Shown here: positions 40,381 through 50,034 of the stretch, one piece after another
How positions within the stretch are numbered: position 1 is the first letter of the stretch
Layout of the letters: each line of letters starts with the position of its first letter
Assembly: GCA_964513845.1 (NCBI GenBank)
Contig: CAZENT010000003.1
Span: 70,809 to 134,808 of the forward strand
DNA: 64,000 bases
Reading direction: 5' to 3'
From: an uncultured Pseudomonadales bacterium
GTDB lineage: Bacteria > Patescibacteriota > Microgenomatia > UBA1400 > MFAQ01
Made by a program: the position numbers and the translations under genes
The notes under the pieces: model-generated
What the model saw: only the letters and a program-made list of their open reading frames with translations
Told to the model about the DNA's origin: nothing
Database searches by the model: none

Positions 40381-41694
40381 TTAAGGAGTTAATCTTTTAA
40401 TTCCGCGATAGATATAGGTGACTTCTCGAACATTGTTTAGACCAAGAATCTTCATTAGTAGTCTGGATGGGCCTGGAGCAAAACCGCCGTGTGGAGGACA
40501 ACCGTACTTAAAAAAGTTTAGATAACTTTCGAAAGGTTCAAGTTTGAAACCTTTTTCGGCAATTTGATTTTTGAGAACCTCGTAACGATGTTCACGTTGG
40601 GCACCGCTAGTGATTTCAAGTCCACAATAGAGCAAGTCAAAACTTTTTGTGATTGTGGGGTCTTTTTCGTCGCGCATACTATAAAAAGCTCTGGAAGCAG
40701 TAGGAAACTCGTGAACGAAAACAAAATCATTATCTTCTTTGTTTTTGAAATATTCACAGATAGCTCTTTCTTCTTCTGGACTTAGGTCATCTTTCTTTTC
40801 GTTGGGAACTCCTTGTTTGGCAAGAATTTCTTTGACCTCCCTAAAGGTTACTCTTGGGAATGGTTGAGAAGGAACCTTGATATCTTGTTTGTAAGTTTCT
40901 TTGATTTCTTTGCCGTATTTTTCCTTGATGGCCGTAAGAATAGCTACCATTATTTTTTCTTCTTCGTCCATAAGGTCATGGTGAGAAGAAATAAATGACT
41001 TTTCAATATCGTACATTGTGAATTCAGTGTCGTGACGAGAAGTGGATGAGGGGTTGGCTCTGAAAACTGGTCCAACTTCAAAAACTTTTTCAAAACCCGC
41101 AGACATGGCCATTTGTTTGTAGAACTGAGGAGACTGGGCGAGATAGGCCTTTTGACCAAAATAATCAATTTGGAAAAGCTCTGATCCTGATTCTGTAGAA
41201 GTAACAACGGTTTTCGGTGAATGGATTTCGATATAATCGTTCGTAATACAGTAATTTCTAAATGCTTGTTCTAGAGTGGTCCAAACTTTAAAAATTAAGG
41301 CACTTTTTTCTTTGCGAAGATCAAGATAGCGCCAGTCTAGGCGAGTATCAAGATTTGTTTCGGATTCTCCCTTTTCGTCTACAGGAATTGGAAGTTCTGG
41401 TTCTGCTTGGGACAATATTTCCACTGAATTGATAAAAACCTCAATTCCTGAAGGAGCTTGAGTGTTTTCTTTGGCCTCACCAGTGATAGTTAATACTGAT
41501 TCAGTTGATAGTTCTTGAAGAGTAGTAAATGCAGAAGTATTTGATTTGATTACTACTGTTTGGACAGTACCAGAAATATCTCGAAGAATGAGAAAAATAA
41601 TTCCTCCTTGTTTTCTAATGGTTTGGGCAAATCCAAATAGAGTAATTTGTTCTCCAAGATGGTTTTTAACGTCTTTGATATATGTTCTTTCCAT
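40381..41694 (-). CDS. aspS: class IIb aminoacyl-tRNA synthetase, most likely archaeal-type aspartyl-tRNA synthetase
   Basis: N-terminal OB domain, QSPQFYKQ (the AspRS flipping-loop motif) and motif 3 HGGFAPGPSRLL, at 437 aa. Confidence 0.65.
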   Translation of the reverse strand: MERTYIKDVKNHLGEQITLFGFAQTIRKQGGIIFLILRDISGTVQTVVIKSNTSAFTTLQELSTESVLTITGEAKENTQAPSGIEVFINSVEILSQAEPELPIPVDEKGESETNLDTRLDWRYLDLRKEKSALIFKVWTTLEQAFRNYCITNDYIEIHSPKTVVTSTESGSELFQIDYFGQKAYLAQSPQFYKQMAMSAGFEKVFEVGPVFRANPSSTSRHDTEFTMYDIEKSFISSHHDLMDEEEKIMVAILTAIKEKYGKEIKETYKQDIKVPSQPFPRVTFREVKEILAKQGVPNEKKDDLSPEEERAICEYFKNKEDNDFVFVHEFPTASRAFYSMRDEKDPTITKSFDLLYCGLEITSGAQREHRYEVLKNQIAEKGFKLEPFESYLNFFKYGCPPHGGFAPGPSRLLMKILGLNNVREVTYIYRGIKRLTP

Positions 41695-41788
41695 TTGAAC
41701 TTATTATACAGCTCATAAGGCTAGTAAAAAAGAAAAAGCCAGTCATATAGACTGGCTTTATTTGCGATTACAGAGAGCAGGAAAAGAT

Positions 41789-43108
41789 TTAAGGAAAGAT
41801 TCTTCTACCGAAGGATCTTGGAAATGGGATACAATCTCTAACGTTGGGAATTCCAAGAACCCAACGAAGGTATCTTTCAACACCCATTCCGAAGCCAAAA
41901 TGAGGAGCGGCGCCAAACCGACGAAGATCTCGAAGCCACTCATATCGTGGGTCCGTTAATCTGTTTTTTTCTTCCATTCGTTCATCCAGCATTATTGGAT
42001 CAGATATCTTTTCGGCAACACCCAAAAGTTCTCCGTAACCATTATTAGCGATTAAATCAGCCGTTAGGGTTACTTCGTGATCATCGGGATTAATGACATA
42101 AGGAAATGGTTCTATTGAGCGTGGAATACCGGCGATCCAAAACGGAGTCAAGAAATTTTTGGATAAAAATTTTTCCTCCTCTGAACCAAGGCTTTTACCG
42201 AAAGGATGATCAAAACCACCCCTTTCGAGCTCTTTGATGGCTTCACGATATGTAATTCTGGGAAAAGGCGTATTCATACCATCAAGACAAAGTTTGGAGT
42301 TAAGTACATTGGCGATTTGAGAACAATTTTCTCGAATATAAATTGCGTTATCGTGTAATAGAGATTCGACAAGTAAAATAACATCTTCAAAATTTCCCCA
42401 GGCGAATTCTGCTTTGATGTGCCAATATTCGATAAGATGTCGTTTGCTTCGGCTTTCTTCGCGCCTAAAACTTGGCCCAATATTGTAAATTCTTTCTAGA
42501 CCCATGACACTGCTTTCCAAATAAAATCCTACACATTGAGTAAGGAAAAGATTCTCATTGTGCAGTTCGAAGTTGACTGCAGATTTATCGTCATAAAGTG
42601 GAAGATTGGTGATGATTGGAGCGGTGAGTTCAGTAAAATTATTATTGTCAAACCAAAGACGAATCGAGTTCATGATTTGACTTCGAAACTTAAGAATCTC
42701 CATTATTTTAGGATTTCGGATATATATGTAGCGATTGGTCAGAAGATGGTTGGCAAGAGCTTCGTCGAAAATGTCAATGTTGTCACTGCGTACTGAGGGA
42801 GTAAGAATTTTGGTGGCGAGATTAACAAGTCTAAATTTTGTGGCTTGAATTTCGAAATGATCTTGGTTCAGAGTGATTATTCCAAAAATTTCAATAGCAG
42901 ATTCTTCGGTGAGTATTTCAAGTGTATTAAGGGTTTCAGTGGTGTGTATTGATTTGTCAAAAACAACTTGAATAAAACCACTTGAGTCGGACAAATCAAC
43001 AAAAACTGTTTTTTTGTGACGCCTAACTGACTTAACCCATCCTGGAATTGAGACTTCTTTGCCAATATAACTTGAATTTTGGACATCAGAAACAAAGACT
43101 GTTTTCAT
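41789..43108 (-). CDS. asnS: class IIb aminoacyl-tRNA synthetase, most likely asparaginyl-tRNA synthetase
   Basis: N-terminal OB domain, FLTQC... motif and motif 3 GFGMGVERYL. Start set at the internal ATG, which follows a strong AGGAGG SD. The longer ORF-track start adds a hydrophobic extension. Confidence 0.6.
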   Translation of the reverse strand: MKTVFVSDVQNSSYIGKEVSIPGWVKSVRRHKKTVFVDLSDSSGFIQVVFDKSIHTTETLNTLEILTEESAIEIFGIITLNQDHFEIQATKFRLVNLATKILTPSVRSDNIDIFDEALANHLLTNRYIYIRNPKIMEILKFRSQIMNSIRLWFDNNNFTELTAPIITNLPLYDDKSAVNFELHNENLFLTQCVGFYLESSVMGLERIYNIGPSFRREESRSKRHLIEYWHIKAEFAWGNFEDVILLVESLLHDNAIYIRENCSQIANVLNSKLCLDGMNTPFPRITYREAIKELERGGFDHPFGKSLGSEEEKFLSKNFLTPFWIAGIPRSIEPFPYVINPDDHEVTLTADLIANNGYGELLGVAEKISDPIMLDERMEEKNRLTDPRYEWLRDLRRFGAAPHFGFGMGVERYLRWVLGIPNVRDCIPFPRSFGRRIFP

Positions 43109-43182
43109 GGTTCCTCCTGTTAATGTTCTGAAAAGGATGTTCGATCTCGCGGTTATTATAGCGATAGGCAGCGAAAAAGCAA

Positions 43183-43211
43183 TAAAAAACGCAGACAATT
43201 GTCTGCGTTTG
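43183..43211. terminator. bidirectional intrinsic terminator (acgcagaca-at-tgtctgcgt)
   Basis: Perfect 9-bp stem flanked by an A6 and a T-rich run. It lies at the 3' end of the minus-strand gene 43218-43778. Confidence 0.55.
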
Positions 43212-43217
43212 TGTATA

Positions 43218-43778
43218 CTAAGCTGTTGAAATTTTTGAAAGTGTGAAATTTAATTCATCAACAAGCGAATTGAAAGTGGAATCTTTGATGAATTTTGGTT
43301 TCAATCCTGTTCCTGATACAAAGAAACCGTTTGCGTTGATTGTAAGAATTAACCCTTCGTTGTTAACCGCAAAAGAGTATGGCCCGTCCCAGGCAAAAGG
43401 AATTATTTCTTGTGTCGTTTTGGTTACAATTCCGAAACAAATTTGTTTGAGAAAACGATGTTTGTTGTTATTGATAAGTGAGGAAAGATTTAAAAGAGTG
43501 TCAGGATAAAGATTTTTCCTCAACTTTTCAAGAGCTAGACCAGTGAGAAAGTTGTTGTGAATATTTTCATCATCGACAACTTCAGAAAATATGAAAGCTG
43601 CTTGGCTAATTCTTGCTTGAGGATACAGTGGATTATTAAGCAGGTTTTGGTTATAGAAAATCTCCAATATTTCTCTGATATTGGTATTTTCTAGACAGGA
43701 AAGTATTTTTTTGTGGTGATATATGGCAGTTTCAATTGAACCAAAGTTTCCAGACTGAGGAATAGATACTTGTAACAT
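43218..43778 (-). CDS. hypothetical protein
   Basis: ORF of 186 aa with no recognisable motif. Confidence 0.3.
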   Translation of the reverse strand: MLQVSIPQSGNFGSIETAIYHHKKILSCLENTNIREILEIFYNQNLLNNPLYPQARISQAAFIFSEVVDDENIHNNFLTGLALEKLRKNLYPDTLLNLSSLINNNKHRFLKQICFGIVTKTTQEIIPFAWDGPYSFAVNNEGLILTINANGFFVSGTGLKPKFIKDSTFNSLVDELNFTLSKISTA

Positions 43779-43926
43779 GTGACCTCCTGATTATTAGTGT
43801 GCTTGTTTTTGATATTGTACACCCTAACATTGAAAAAGAACCCTGAAGACAATATATTTTCTGTTTCAAGATAATGTGAAATATGTTCTGAAATTATTAA
43901 GTGGAAATATAGTATATTAATAGTGT

Positions 43927-44970
43927 TTGAGTAATATAGAAAGCCTAACTAAATGTTTGGAGCCGGAGAGGGTAAAAAAGAATGAACCTTTGGCTAAGCA
44001 CACCACACTTAATATTGGTGGGGAGGCGGATTTGTTTTATCTAACAGAGTCTTCAGGAGATTTGGTAAAAGCTGTGCGTTTGGCACGGTCTTTTAAAGTG
44101 CCGGTGACCATAATTGGGGGAGGTAGCAATATTCTGGTTAGTGATGATGGTGTGCGAGGGTTGGTGATTAAGAACAGAAGCAAAAAAATTACAGTTCACA
44201 AGGAGGGTAAATTTCACGCAATCTTGAGAGGAGTGATAAATGCTCGATGGATAGCTTCCGATAAGGGTACAAAGAAATATGATTTTGCCGATTTGGATTA
44301 TGAGGAAAATGATAAGCCCGATGTGGAAGTAGTTTTGGATAGCGGAGTGAATTTGCAGGTGGCGATGGCACAACTGTTTGATCAGGGAGTCACGGGATTA
44401 CAATGGTATAGCCGTATTCCAGGAACGATTGGGGGAGCGGTTTTTAATAATATTCATGGAGGATCACATACCTTTGCCGAGATAGTGAAAAAAGTGGTGG
44501 TGCTGGATGAACATGGCGGAGTGAAAACAATTTCCGGAAAAAATTTGAAGTCTGACTATGATAAATCTCGATTTCATGATTCGGGGGAGATAATTTTGGA
44601 AGTAACTTTGATGTTGAAACTGGGAGATGTGGAGCGAGCCAGAAAAGTAGCTGATGAGTGGAAAAAACGGAAAATGGTACAACCCATGAACTCAAATGGA
44701 TGTGTTTTTAAAAATATTAGTGAAGAGGATAGGGAAACTTTGGGTTATCCAACAACCTCAGTCGGGTATATTGTGGAACATATTTTAAATATGACTGGGT
44801 ACAAAGTAGGCGGAGCAGCGATTGCTGATCATCATAATTTCATCATCAATACAGGGAAGGCGACAGCAAAAGATTATTTAGCGGTTCGAGATGAAATTGT
44901 GAGGCGAGCTAGGGAAAGTGTGGGAATTGAGCTGGAAGATGAGATAATTCGAATAGGTGAGTTTGATTAA
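43927..44970 (+). CDS. murB: UDP-N-acetylenolpyruvoylglucosamine reductase
   Basis: LAKHTTLNIGGEADLF...VTIIGGGSNILVSDDGVRGLVIKN FAD-binding N terminus is typical of MurB. The C-terminal domain is present. Confidence 0.8.
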   Translation: MSNIESLTKCLEPERVKKNEPLAKHTTLNIGGEADLFYLTESSGDLVKAVRLARSFKVPVTIIGGGSNILVSDDGVRGLVIKNRSKKITVHKEGKFHAILRGVINARWIASDKGTKKYDFADLDYEENDKPDVEVVLDSGVNLQVAMAQLFDQGVTGLQWYSRIPGTIGGAVFNNIHGGSHTFAEIVKKVVVLDEHGGVKTISGKNLKSDYDKSRFHDSGEIILEVTLMLKLGDVERARKVADEWKKRKMVQPMNSNGCVFKNISEEDRETLGYPTTSVGYIVEHILNMTGYKVGGAAIADHHNFIINTGKATAKDYLAVRDEIVRRARESVGIELEDEIIRIGEFD

Positions 44971-44986
44971 TAATTAATCACTGACT

Positions 44987-46303
44987 ATGAATGGAGTTTT
45001 AAAAATTACCGGAGGTCGAAAACTTGAAGGGGTGGTGACACCCATTCCTAATAAAAACAGTATTCTTGCAGTTTTGCCGGCAGCAATTTTGACTAACGAA
45101 ACAATGGTGTACAAAAATGTGCCCAATACGAGCGATGTGGGAAAAATTGTACAGATTTTGAAACTTTTGGGAGCTGAAGTGGATCAGAGTGTGGAAGGTG
45201 AAATAAAAATTAATTGTTCGGGAGTTAAGTCTTATCAAGTGGACGCGGCTTTGGGTGGGCAGTTTAGAGCATCTTTGATGTTTGCAGGTCCTTTGTTGGC
45301 GCGATTTGGGGTGGCAGAGATTCCTTTGCCTGGTGGTTGTGTTTTGGGAATGAGATCGATTGCAGCCCATTTGGATGTGTTTAAAAAAGCCGGAGTAGCT
45401 TATGAATATATTGATGGTTTTGTGAGATTTAAAAAAACCAAAAAACAGGAGAAAAAATATGATATTTGGCAGATTGAGGCGAGTGTGACTGGAACAGAAA
45501 ACCTGGTGATGCTGGCTGCTGGTTCTGAAGCAACATATATATTAACCGATGCAGCTTGTGAACCTCACGTGAGTGATTTGTTGGAGTTGTTGGTAAAAAT
45601 GGGAGCGAAAATCGAAGGGGTTGGTTCGAATAAACTGACAATTTCTGGAAACAAAAAATTGGGTGGAACGGAGTATGTTCCAGGTCCTGACTTTATTGAT
45701 ATTGCCGGATTAATCGTGGCGGCGGCTGTGACGGATGGAAATATTCGTATTAAAGGAGCTAATATTCCCGAGGTGGTAAATGGAATGATTAATTGGTTTG
45801 AAATTTTTAATATCAAAATTGAGCGAGATGGAAAGGACTTGTTGGTTAGCCGAAATGGAGAGCTAAAAATTGATGTAGAAAACTCCGGAGTACCTGTGGC
45901 CGCACCTGGATTGCCTAAACTTTACCCTCGTCCTTGGCCTGGTTTCCCGGTGGACGCAATTCCGGTGATGGCTGTTCTCGCCAGCAAAACCAAGGGGCGT
46001 TTGCTCTTGAAAAACTGGATGTATGAGTCGGGTTTTGATTTTGTGAGAGAACTAAACGCGATGGGGGCAGATATCTTTGTTTCAGATCCTGAACGAATTA
46101 TCATCAATGGACCAGTGAGTTTCAAGGGAGGTGTGGTAGTGTCTCCCTCGGTAATTCAGGCGTGTAAAGCCATTTTTATCTCGGCTTTGTGTGACCCGGT
46201 GACAACTGAAATTCATGGAGTCGATATTCTGCGCAGAAGATATCCAAATGTTTTTGAAACGTATACGAGTTTGGGAGCGTTGATTGAGAGGGTGGATGAC
46301 TAG
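44987..46303 (+). CDS. murA: UDP-N-acetylglucosamine 1-carboxyvinyltransferase
   Basis: EPSP-synthase fold with MurA N-terminal motifs (KITGGRKLEGVV...PNKNSILAVLPAAIL), at 438 aa. Confidence 0.9.
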   Translation: MNGVLKITGGRKLEGVVTPIPNKNSILAVLPAAILTNETMVYKNVPNTSDVGKIVQILKLLGAEVDQSVEGEIKINCSGVKSYQVDAALGGQFRASLMFAGPLLARFGVAEIPLPGGCVLGMRSIAAHLDVFKKAGVAYEYIDGFVRFKKTKKQEKKYDIWQIEASVTGTENLVMLAAGSEATYILTDAACEPHVSDLLELLVKMGAKIEGVGSNKLTISGNKKLGGTEYVPGPDFIDIAGLIVAAAVTDGNIRIKGANIPEVVNGMINWFEIFNIKIERDGKDLLVSRNGELKIDVENSGVPVAAPGLPKLYPRPWPGFPVDAIPVMAVLASKTKGRLLLKNWMYESGFDFVRELNAMGADIFVSDPERIIINGPVSFKGGVVVSPSVIQACKAIFISALCDPVTTEIHGVDILRRRYPNVFETYTSLGALIERVDD

Positions 46304-46325
46304 AATGGTTGTTTGAAATATATTT

Positions 46326-46512
46326 CGTTTCCCTTAACCGGACCTGTCGCCTTATACCTTTTCAAAAACCGGATGCTCTTTCGCCCTGCGCGAAAGCCAT
46401 CCATTACTTGCAGCCGAAAATTCTTAAGACTACTTAAGAAACCAGGCTTTTCGGCTTTGCGCAATATTTTTGAAAAAGTAGTAAGGCTTCGGTCTATATT
46501 GTTTCGGGAAAC
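46326..46512 (+). repeat. structured repeat family B, copy 2 (long form; upstream of leuS)
   Basis: Hairpin 1 is ctttcgc-cctgc-gcgaaag. Hairpin 2 has outer stem gccgaaaa/ttttcggc and inner stem ttcttaag-acta-cttaagaa, with accaggc and ttgcgcaatattttt. It shares 5' and 3' extensions with copy 4. Confidence 0.8.
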
Positions 46513-46540
46513 AAAATATTTTCAAACTAATTATTCGGTG

Positions 46541-46663
46541 ATGTAAGAGCTTGCTCGTTCTCCTTTCCATAATATTATTAAGGAAATGTCGGCCTGCGCT
46601 TCCTCTTATATCATGCGCCCATAATCGCTATCGCTTATTATCGGCTTGATATAAAATAGTGCC
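46541..46663 (+). promoter_or_regulatory. conserved promoter/operator block, family C copy 1 (imperfect palindrome ttccataata..attaaggaa plus TATAAA box), immediately 5' of leuS
   Basis: About 85% identical over about 115 nt to 54449-54566, which precedes the 7TM/ATP-grasp operon. Confidence 0.6.
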
Positions 46664-49003
46664 ATGGCTTATGACTTTAAAGAGGTAGAAAAAAAGTGGG
46701 TGGAGAAGTATGACGGTTTTGATGGTTACAAAGCAAAGGATTTTGAAAGCAAACCTAAAAAATATGTACTACAAGAGTTTCCTTATCCATCCGGAAGCGG
46801 GCTTCATGTAGGACACGCTTTTTCGATGACCGGGGCAGATGTTTATGCGCGATTTATGCGCATGAACGGATTTAATGTGATGTTTCCCATGGGCTGGGAT
46901 GCTTTTGGGCTACCAACGGAAAATTACGCCATCAAAATGGGAGTGAAGCCTCAGGTAATTACAAAAGAAAATACGGCGAAGTACAAAGCTCAAATGCGAA
47001 GGCTGGGATTTTCCTTTGACTGGAGCCGAGAAGTGGACACGACTGACGCTGATTACTATAAATGGACACAATGGATTTTTACGAAACTATTTGAAAAGGG
47101 TTTGGCCCACAAAGAAGAAATGGCGATTAACTGGTGCCCTAAAGATAAAATTGGCTTGGCCAATGAAGAAGTGGTCGATGGGAAATGCGAGCGATGCGGA
47201 ACGGAAACTGAGAGAAGAACAATATCCCAATGGGTGGTGAAGATAACAGCTTATGCCGATAAGCTTTTGGAAGGACTTAAAAATACAAATTTTATCGATA
47301 AAGTTAAAGCGGCACAGACGAATTGGATAGATAAACGTATTGGTGCAAAGATTAAATTTCGATTGGCGGAGATTGCCACGTCGAGTACTCCTCGCAATGA
47401 CGATTATATTGAAGTGTTTACCACAAGACCAGACACTCTTGAGGGCGTGACATTTATGGTGATTGCACCGGAGCATAAATTGGTGAGCGGTTTGATGGAA
47501 AATGAAGAAGTCAGAAAATACGTGAGTGAAACGAAAAAAAAGAGTGAGATGGAAAGAACCGAGTTGTCTAAAGAAAAAACAGGTGTATTTTCTGGGCTGA
47601 TGGCGATTAATCCCGTAACTGGTCAAGAAATTCCGGTATGGATTGCCGATTATGTTTTGATTTCATATGGGACAGGAGCGATTATGGCTGTTCCAAGCCA
47701 CGATGAGCGAGATGAAGCTTTTGCTAATAAATATTCTTTGCCTATAAATAGAGAGTATGTGCCTGATATGAAGATGGTTGACGTGATTGTGGAAAAAGGA
47801 GTTGGAGAAAAAGCGGAGAACTATCATCTGCGTGACTGGATATTTAGCCGTCAACATTACTGGGGTGAACCGATCCCAATGGTAAACTGCCCTGTATGTG
47901 GTTGGGTAGCCGTTCCTGAAGAACAACTGCCGATACGCTTGCCTGAAGTAGAGAAGTACCTACCGACCGATACGGGAGAGTCACCTTTGGCGGCAATGAC
48001 CGATTGGGTAAACACAACATGCCCCAAATGCGGTGGAGAGGCTAAGCGAGAAACCGATACCATGCCAAACTGGGCAGGAAGTGACTGGTATTTTCTTCGA
48101 TACTGTGACCCAAAAAATGACAAGGCTTTGGCGGATATGGAAAAGATGAAGTACTGGATGCCGGTAGATGTATATATGGGTGGGGATGAGCACAACACAC
48201 TTCATCTGCTTTACTCAAGATTTATTTATCAGTTCCTTTGGGATCTGGGAGTTGTGCCAAAAGAAATTCCCGAGCCGTATATAAAAAGAATGTCGCATGG
48301 GGTAATTCTTGGCCCTGATGGAAACCGAATGAGTAAAAGTCACGGAAATGTAATTGTTCCGGATGCGGTGGCTGATATATATGGCACGGATGTACTGCGC
48401 GCTTACATGATGTTTATGGGGCCTTTTGACTCGACCATGGCGTGGAACGAGAGATCTTTGGTGGGAGTGAGGCGTTTTATGGAAAGACTATATTCACTGG
48501 TTGTAGAAAGTGCCGGTAAATATTCGGCCACAAACATCGAGGCTTTGAGAACTATTCATCGTTTGGTAAGGGGAGTGGGTGAGGATATTACAGAGTTTAA
48601 GTACAACACAGCCATTGCCAAAATGATGGAGGCAGTGAATGATTTGACGAAAAATAATACAGAGATTGCGAACACGGAACTATCCATTTTGGTTCGAGTA
48701 TTGGCTCCCTTTGCACCTTTTGTAGCTGAAGAAATGTGGAGCATCCTTGGGGGAGAGTTTAGTGTGCACACTAACGAGTGGCCAAAGTTTGACGAAAAGT
48801 ATCTGGTGAGTGAAACAATTATTTTGTCGGTACAGATTAATGGCAAACTAAGAGGAACTGTGGAGGTGTCTCCTGAGGCTGAAGAAGCAGAAGTGAAGAC
48901 GATAGCGGAGGCTCGGGAAAAAGTACAGAAATACTTATCTCAAGGCAAGGTAGTTAAAGTAATTTATATAAAAGGAAAAACGATTAATTATGTGGTTGTT
49001 TGA
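46664..49003 (+). CDS. leuS: leucyl-tRNA synthetase
   Basis: HVGHAF (HIGH), CP1 editing domain, KMSKS and zinc-binding Cys clusters, at 779 aa. Confidence 0.9.
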   Translation: MAYDFKEVEKKWVEKYDGFDGYKAKDFESKPKKYVLQEFPYPSGSGLHVGHAFSMTGADVYARFMRMNGFNVMFPMGWDAFGLPTENYAIKMGVKPQVITKENTAKYKAQMRRLGFSFDWSREVDTTDADYYKWTQWIFTKLFEKGLAHKEEMAINWCPKDKIGLANEEVVDGKCERCGTETERRTISQWVVKITAYADKLLEGLKNTNFIDKVKAAQTNWIDKRIGAKIKFRLAEIATSSTPRNDDYIEVFTTRPDTLEGVTFMVIAPEHKLVSGLMENEEVRKYVSETKKKSEMERTELSKEKTGVFSGLMAINPVTGQEIPVWIADYVLISYGTGAIMAVPSHDERDEAFANKYSLPINREYVPDMKMVDVIVEKGVGEKAENYHLRDWIFSRQHYWGEPIPMVNCPVCGWVAVPEEQLPIRLPEVEKYLPTDTGESPLAAMTDWVNTTCPKCGGEAKRETDTMPNWAGSDWYFLRYCDPKNDKALADMEKMKYWMPVDVYMGGDEHNTLHLLYSRFIYQFLWDLGVVPKEIPEPYIKRMSHGVILGPDGNRMSKSHGNVIVPDAVADIYGTDVLRAYMMFMGPFDSTMAWNERSLVGVRRFMERLYSLVVESAGKYSATNIEALRTIHRLVRGVGEDITEFKYNTAIAKMMEAVNDLTKNNTEIANTELSILVRVLAPFAPFVAEEMWSILGGEFSVHTNEWPKFDEKYLVSETIILSVQINGKLRGTVEVSPEAEEAEVKTIAEAREKVQKYLSQGKVVKVIYIKGKTINYVVV

Positions 49004-49010
49004 GATTGAT

Positions 49011-49033
49011 TGCCTGCGAGGAGACTCCTCGCA
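49011..49033. repeat. perfect 10-bp-stem palindrome cctgcgagga-gac-tcctcgcagg
   Basis: Seen directly in the sequence. A second copy, with a compensated G>A / C>T change in the stem, lies 57 nt downstream. Confidence 0.7.
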
Positions 49034-49090
49034 GGACTGGTGAGGCTAGAATTTGATTTATTAGAGGGGAATTTGTCTGTTTGTGCCTAC

Positions 49091-49113
49091 CTGCAAGGAG
49101 ACTCCTTGCAGGT
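49091..49113. repeat. perfect 10-bp-stem palindrome cctgcaagga-gac-tccttgcagg (second copy)
   Basis: Seen directly in the sequence. The palindrome is maintained by a paired substitution relative to copy 1. Confidence 0.7.
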
Positions 49114-49158
49114 GGAATACTTGAAATGAAGGGAGTGTGGGGTGTGATAATATAGTTT

Positions 49159-49899
49159 ATGTTTAAAAATAAAAATTCTCTTTACGCACCGCTTTTGGTG
49201 GTGCTTTTGGTGGTGGCCTCGTTCTTCGTGGGCCGATTATCAGCCCAGGTTTCTGCTCTTAAAGGTGGAACTCCGACCGGAACAAATGCAAAAGCTGAGG
49301 TAACTCCAGCGGCCGCAACCGGTTCCAAAATCGCTGTAGCTGAATTGAAAAAAATGGCTAAGGATTTGGGAGTTGATGCAAAATCTTTTGACAAGTGTTT
49401 GGATGATGGCACAATGGCCAGTAAGGTGAGTGCTGAGGCTTCAGAAGGAAAAGGTTTTGGAATTTCCGGAACACCTTCATTCCTAATCAATGGAATATTA
49501 GTAGTTGGTTCTTTGCCACAAGCTGATTTCGAAAAAGTGATCGATGCTGAGCTGAAAAATGGCACGGGAGACAAGGTGGTACTTTCTTCGGGTGGAGAAG
49601 CTTTGAAGCGAGTAGCTAAAATCCCTTATGGTGTTGGATATATCAAAGGAAGTAAAGATGCCAAAATCAAAATCATGGAGTACACCGATTTTGAGTGTCC
49701 ATATTGTAACCGAGCTTTCCCCACAATCGAAGCTCTCTTGACTAAGTATGGCAATCAGATTAGTTTGGAGTATCGCAGTTTCCCTTTAGGTTTCCATGCT
49801 GACGCACAGAAAGCCGCAGAAGCTGCGCTTTGTGCAGGTGAGCAAGGAAAGTTCTGGGAGTTACACGACAAGATGTTTACCGTGATGGCTCAGAAATAA
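49159..49899 (+). CDS. DsbA-like thiol:disulfide oxidoreductase (membrane-anchored)
   Basis: N-terminal TM anchor and a thioredoxin fold with a CPYC active site. Confidence 0.65.
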   Translation: MFKNKNSLYAPLLVVLLVVASFFVGRLSAQVSALKGGTPTGTNAKAEVTPAAATGSKIAVAELKKMAKDLGVDAKSFDKCLDDGTMASKVSAEASEGKGFGISGTPSFLINGILVVGSLPQADFEKVIDAELKNGTGDKVVLSSGGEALKRVAKIPYGVGYIKGSKDAKIKIMEYTDFECPYCNRAFPTIEALLTKYGNQISLEYRSFPLGFHADAQKAAEAALCAGEQGKFWELHDKMFTVMAQK

Positions 49900-49921
49900 G
49901 AAAGTAGATATTAGATGAATG

Positions 49922-49948
49922 AAAAAGAGGGGGAGACCCCTCTTTTTG
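49922..49948. terminator. bidirectional intrinsic terminator (aaagagggg-gaga-cccctcttt)
   Basis: Perfect 9-bp GC-rich stem flanked by A5 and T5. It lies between convergent genes. Confidence 0.6.
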
Positions 49949-50034
49949 GTGGTTTGGAGAAATAAACTTGGGAAAACGATAGAGAGTATCTGTCATAGAT
50001 TGTTGAAAAAGAAAAGTTAAAACCGAAACGATAT

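Noticed and set aside
41789-43198. Longer (469-aa) form of the AsnRS-like protein with a hydrophobic N-terminal extension
   Set aside because: The internal ATG at 43108 is preceded by a strong AGGAGG SD and gives a canonical class IIb N terminus. The extension is unlikely to be translated.
46313-46546. 77-aa plus-strand ORF between murA and leuS
   Set aside because: It lies entirely within family B copy 2 and family C. Its sequence is that of a structured repeat, not a protein.
49011-49113. CRISPR array
   Set aside because: There are only two repeat units, they are palindromic, and there are no cas genes. This does not meet CRISPR criteria.
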